Below, piece by piece: positions 61,445 through 64,000 of a stretch of DNA of 64,000 nucleotides (positions are counted from its first letter, which is position 1; each line of letters begins with the position of its first letter). Source of the stretch: Callorhinchus milii (lineage: Eukaryota). The translations under genes and the position numbers were made by a program. The stretch is taken from contig NW_024704743.1 in assembly GCF_018977255.1 (NCBI RefSeq), positions 31,746,001 to 31,810,000 on the forward strand. The letters run 5' to 3'. The notes under the pieces were generated by a model. That model saw only the letters and a program-made list of their open reading frames with translations, was not told the DNA's origin and did no database searches.

Positions 61445-63495
61445 TTCCTTGCATTTAATATAAAATCTTTCACGTTGGGAAGATGTCTTAAAGGGCTTCA
61501 CAAGATTAACTGTAAAGTGCGGTTATTGTGTATTTTGTACACGACAGCCAATTTCACACAAAACAACCATGAACTGAATGACAATTTTAACTGGAGGAAT
61601 ATTGGCCAGGACACAAAGAGAAATTCCCTTCTCTTTTCATATAGTGCCATGGGTACCGAACAGGCAGAATGGACCTCAGTTTAACATTTCAAATGAAGGA
61701 AGGTATTACAACAATAACAACAAAATTACATTTATAGAGCGCCTTTCACGTCGGGAGGACGTCCCAAAGTGCTGAACAGTCAGGTGTCGGGGCCCGAGCA
61801 TAGGGGAGGGGTGGTGTAGGGGTGAGGGAAGGCAGAGAGGTGGGAGGGAGACCAAAGGCACGATTTAAGAGAAGGGTCTTGAGACCGGTCTTGAAAGAGG
61901 CAAGGGAGGAAGCGAGGTGAAGGGACTGTGGGATGGAGTTCCAGAGTGTGGGGCAGAGAAGCTGAAAGCCCGGACACTGATGGTAGGGCGGGTTGGGCGG
62001 AAGACATGGAGCAGACCGGAACCCACTGAATGGAGGGAGTGGGCAGGTTGGTAGGGAGTCAGCAGGTCAGAGAGGTAAGAGGGGGCAAGGCCATGGATGG
62101 CCTTGAAAGTTAGGACAAGTATCTTGAATTCGATCCTCTGAGGGATGGGGAGCCAGTGGAGTGGGGCGAGGGTGGGGATGATGGGGTCACGGAGCCTACT
62201 GCGGAGGGAGTTCCTATAATCAAGCCTTGAGGTGACGAATGCATGGGTGAGGGTTTCGGCAGCCTGAGGGGTGAGGCAGTGGCGAAGTCTGGAATTGTGG
62301 TGGTAGGCAGTGCCGGTCATGGCGTGGACGTGGGGGAGAAAGGACAGTTCAGTGTCAAACAAGACACCCATGTTCCTGACTGGCTTAGTGAGGTTGAGTG
62401 TGCAGCCGTGGAGGCTGATACTGCCAGCGCCCGAGGTGCGGAGGCACTGGGCGAGCCAATCAGGAGAGCCTTGGTCTTGGTGATGTTCAGTTGGAGAAAT
62501 TTGTCCCTCATCCAGGATTTGATGTCGGACAGGCAGTCGGTCAGGACACCAGTAGTCCTGGAGTTGAGGGTGGAGCAGAGATAAGAGTTGGGTGTCATTT
62601 GCATACATGTGGAAATTGACCCCATGTCTGCAGATGATGTCACCAAGGGGGAGCATATAGAGGGTGAAGAGGAGGGGACCGAGGACAGAGCCCTGAGGAA
62701 CACCGCAGGAGACAGTGCGGGGGCTAGAAGAGAAGCCATTTGCTGCGACGAAGTGGGGTGGTGTGAAAGGTAGCAACTGAACCAGTCAAGGACAGAACCT
62801 TGAAGATCGAGGTGGGAGGAGAGGCGGTGGAGGAGGATTGAATGGTCCACAGTATCAAAGGCAGGCGAGGAGGTCGAGGAGCACGAGGAGGCAGAGGGAG
62901 CCCTGGTCATACATGGTCAGGATGTCGTTTGTGACCTTGACCAGAGCAGTTTCCGTGATGTGGGCAGCACAGAACCCCGATTGGAGGGGTTCATGGAGGG
63001 AGTGGGAGGAGAGGAAAGAGCAAAGCTGGGAAGCAACGGCTCTCTCAAGGATCTTGGATAGGAAAAGGAGGTTGGAGATGGGCCGGTAGCTGGGTCAAGA
63101 GAATGTTTCTTCAAGGAGGGGCTGATAGTGGCTGTTTTGAGGGGGGTAGGAACAGTGCCAGATGACAGGGAGAGGTTGATGATGTCGGCGAGTAGTGGGG
63201 CAAGGAGGTGGAGCTGGGATTTAAAGAGAGGGGTGGGGATGGGGTTCAGGGAGCAGGTGGTGAGCTTCATGGAGGATGTGGTGGTGAAGACAGAGGAGGG
63301 GGTGACAGGTTCAAAGGTGTGTAAGGAAGAATGGGTAAATGTCGGAGTGTGGGGTGGGGGTAGGGAGGGGATGGAATTTGGGAGGGCGATGGCAGCTGAG
63401 CGGATTCCCTCAATTTTGGACTCGAAGAAGTCCAGCATTACTGACAATACAGTGCTCCCCAACACTGTATTGGAGTGTCAATTTAGCACGTGAGT
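61445..63495 (-). mobile_element. Deu-type SINE (61445-61707 and 63441-63495) split by an L2
   Basis: ccttgcattt..ggccaggacac..gtgccatggg..cctcagtttaacat | L2 | ctgacaatacagtgctccc..ggagtgtca. Confidence 0.72.
61708..63440 (-). mobile_element. L2 LINE, 1.7 kb, 5'-truncated, more diverged than the 14587 copy
   Basis: ORFs 62917..63465 and 61865..62776 ([28 protein letters not shown]); degenerate (TTG)n tail; attac at both junctions. Confidence 0.95.
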
Positions 63496-63784
63496 TGATT
63501 TGGGGCCTCTTACATTTGCCAATAGCATCTCGTCTACCTTGCTGGTTGGGTTCCAGTTTTAAGCATCTGGAATCATTACACCCTGCATTTCCACCTTATT
63601 GCAAGAGATCGACCTGGATCTAGATCAGTGGCACCCTCTTCTGGTCACTTTCTTAAGGAGGATAAGAGTTATTCAAATAAATCAATAAATTATATTTATG
63701 TTTACGTTTCTATAACCTTGCCCAATTTAAGTGCTGAACATGAACTTTCACAATCCGAAGAGAAGGATTTCCAGTATCAGTATC

Positions 63785-63935
63785 AAATATACTTTACAGT
63801 CTATTCTGTGAAACGCTTTGAAAAAGACGTTTGAAAAACGTCCAGAAAAGTGAAAACCGTGAAAAGCGCTATATCAAATGCAAAGATTATTATTATTATT
63901 ATTAAGCAATAACAACAACAACTTGCATTTATACA
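63785..63935. mobile_element. SINE tail (+) with internal stutter, followed by an antisense (TTG)n-type tail
   Basis: ctgtgaaacgctttg..gtgaaaagcgctatatcaaatgcaaagattattatt; aacaacaacaacttgcatttata. Confidence 0.75.
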
Positions 63936-64000
63936 GAAGCGGGGTAGCGTCCCGGAGCACTTAAGGTGAGCATTCCTAAGTGAGCTGCAGAGTAAAGCTC

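Noticed and set aside
63805..63870. Repeated tgaaaa units resembling a short array or CRISPR
   Set aside because: Local stutter within a SINE tail; no constant repeat-spacer period.
1..64000. Short ORFs in the six-frame track as host genes, or a prokaryote-style defence/operon system
   Set aside because: Nearly all are antisense or off-frame readings of L2/CR1/SINE copies, or chance ORFs in AT-rich DNA. The only recognisable protein motifs are LINE ORF2. There is no gene-dense organisation.

Overview
This is eukaryotic, non-coding, repeat-dense DNA with no recognisable host protein-coding gene, RNA gene or CRISPR array. The only protein homology I can read comes from non-LTR retrotransposon ORF2 fragments: L2-clade (APE endonuclease GDFN/SDH, RT YADD) and CR1-clade (FADD, VRPHLEYC). 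The repeat set is L2, CR1, Deu-domain/SacSINE1-like SINEs, AmnSINE2-like SINEs and a very abundant tRNA-Ala-headed SINE. It points to a cartilaginous fish, possibly a chimaera (inference), and to an intron or gene desert with CNE-like unique islands. I do not see a novel protein-coding system. The most interesting biology is in the retroelements. (1) An L2/SINE partnership whose shared 3' stem-loop shows C-G / U-G / U-A covariation. (2) Four independent antisense insertions at the same internal position of the SINE body. (3) A modular SINE with two subfamilies. (4) A SINE-L2-SINE chimera, a 66-bp mini-SINE and a tail-only insertion with a TSD. (5) An unassigned ~500-bp repeat family (6 copies) with a structured, A-tailed end. 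I also note several unexplained hairpins/repeats and small candidate exons. Family names come from my memory of consensus sequences and need Dfam/Repbase confirmation. Boundaries of old copies are approximate.
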